Shown: positions 62,559 to 64,000 of the stretch, piece by piece
How the letters are laid out: each line of letters opens with the position of its first letter
Position numbering within the stretch: position 1 is the stretch's first letter
Source of the DNA: Macrostomum lignano
Lineage: Eukaryota
DNA: 64,000 bases
Assembly (NCBI GenBank): GCA_002269645.1
Contig: NIVC01001556.1
Coordinates: 186,001 to 250,000, forward strand
Direction of reading: 5' to 3'
Made by a program: the position numbers and the translations under genes
Notes under the pieces: generated by a model
What the model was told of the DNA's origin: nothing
Databases searched by the model: none
What the model saw: only the letters and a program-made list of their open reading frames with translations

Positions 62559-63049
62559 TGAAATCATTATTAACGCTTGACAGATAACAGCCTGATTTTG
62601 CTTTCGTATTTCCTGCACGGAATTATCGCAGGCAATGAGGCCTGAACGGACCGCCGTTCTGGCTTTGCTTTTATATCCTCGCTTAGCTGTCCGCATTCCT
62701 CATTAGTGGATCCATCAATCGCTTTGACAGGTTCTGATAATCAAAGACTGTCAAATGGGCTCGTGCCGAACTTGGCTTTGCCGTCTCTTTGAGCTCGAAT
62801 GGATACGCAGATGCGCAACTGCGCACTCCGGCGACAACTTTGTGGAAATACAACAACGTGCCAACTGTCTGTAATTATCAAAGCCTGAAATTTTGTGTCC
62901 TGTGTGAATGAAACTAACGGTGAATTGAAAGCAATTATCTCTTATTTAGGCCGTGGGGTCTAAATTTAGCACACTTCATGCTGTACTGCAACTGGTAATC
63001 CGGTTCTGACTGGCTTATTCCGACCTTGAAGTTGTTAATCCAGAAGTTT

Positions 63050-63835
63050 TTATCCCTAAGCCTGAAGCTTCATCCATGATCCTGAAGCTTTCATCCCTAA
63101 TCCTGAAGCTTTCATCCATGATTCTGAAGCTTTCATCCATGATCCTGAAGCTTTCATCCATGATCCTGAAGCTTTCATCCATGATCCTGAAGCTTTTATC
63201 TATGATCCTGAAGCTTTCATCCATGATCCTGAAGCTTTTATTCATGATCCAGAAGTTTTTATCCCTAATCCTGAAGCTTTCATCCATGATCCTGAAGCTT
63301 TTATCTATGATCCTGAAGCTTTCATCCATGATCCTGAAGCTTTTATTCATGATCCTGAAGCTTTCATCCATGATCCTGAAGCTTTCATCCATGATCCTGA
63401 AGCCTTTATTCATGATCCTGAAGCTTTCATCCCTGATCCTGAAGCTTTCATCCATGATCCTGAAGCTTTCATCCATGATCCTTAAGCTTTCATCCATGAT
63501 CCTGAAGCTTTCATCCCCAATCCTAAAGCTTTCATCCATGATCCTGAAGCTTTCATCCCTAATCCTGAAGCTTTCATCCCTAATCCTGAAGCTTTCATCC
63601 CCAATCCTAAAGCTTTCATCCATGATCCTGAAGCTTTCATCCCAATCCTAAAGCTTTCATCCATGATCCTGAAGCTTTCATCCCTAACCCTGAAGCTTTC
63701 ATCCATGATCCTGAAGCTTTCATCCCTAACCCTGAAGCTTTCATCCATGATCCTGAAGCTTTCATCCCTAATCCTGAAGTCATCATCCGTAATCCTGAAG
63801 TCATTCATCCCTAATCCTGAAGTTTTCAGCCTTAA
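63050..63835. repeat. Minisatellite, 21-bp unit ATCCTGAAGCTTTCATCCATG
   Basis: About 37 copies; explains the ORFs at 63015-63890. Confidence 0.95.
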
Positions 63836-64000
63836 TCTTGAATGCTTCATTCTTAATCCTGAAGTTTTCACCATCCTTAACATGAATTAATCTCTCCTAT
63901 TCAGATATTACTTTATTATGCACTTATCGCGCAGAGTTCATGAAGTCAGCAGCCGATTCTGTACAAAATCTACCGAATTCTTCTGCGTAAAACAGCCGCT

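Overview
Eukaryotic (animal) genomic DNA with GC-rich, poly-Gln/poly-Gly exons separated by introns packed with unrelated minisatellites. Tandem arrays make up about 40% of the window by my rough tally. This style resembles free-living flatworm genomes such as Macrostomum; the species assignment is inference only. Genes supported: (1) a plus-strand multi-exon gene with no recognisable domain (about 307-14562); (2) a six-exon Gli/Cubitus interruptus zinc-finger gene on the minus strand (27202-17122), with a 1-nt frameshift in the ZF3-ZF4 linker, a variant SUFU-binding motif (SIGHL) and no visible RRxS PKA cluster; (3) BET1 with an intronless CDS (42923-43279); (4) a class A peptide-type GPCR (46153-52876) with non-canonical D2.50, DRY and NPxxY positions; (5) a neuropeptide-like precursor on the minus strand (62558-62235); (6) a tentative minus-strand gene that may host the GPCR in an intron. 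Mobile elements: a 655-bp foldback element with a perfect 9-bp TSD lying between a stop codon and its AATAAA, a 5'-truncated non-LTR retrotransposon with a 12-bp TSD inside an (AAC)n tract, and several MITE-like elements. Most long ORFs in the supplied track are read-throughs of tandem repeats. No rRNA, tRNA or CRISPR features were seen. All exon models were assembled by eye from splice signals and phase and need RNA-seq confirmation.
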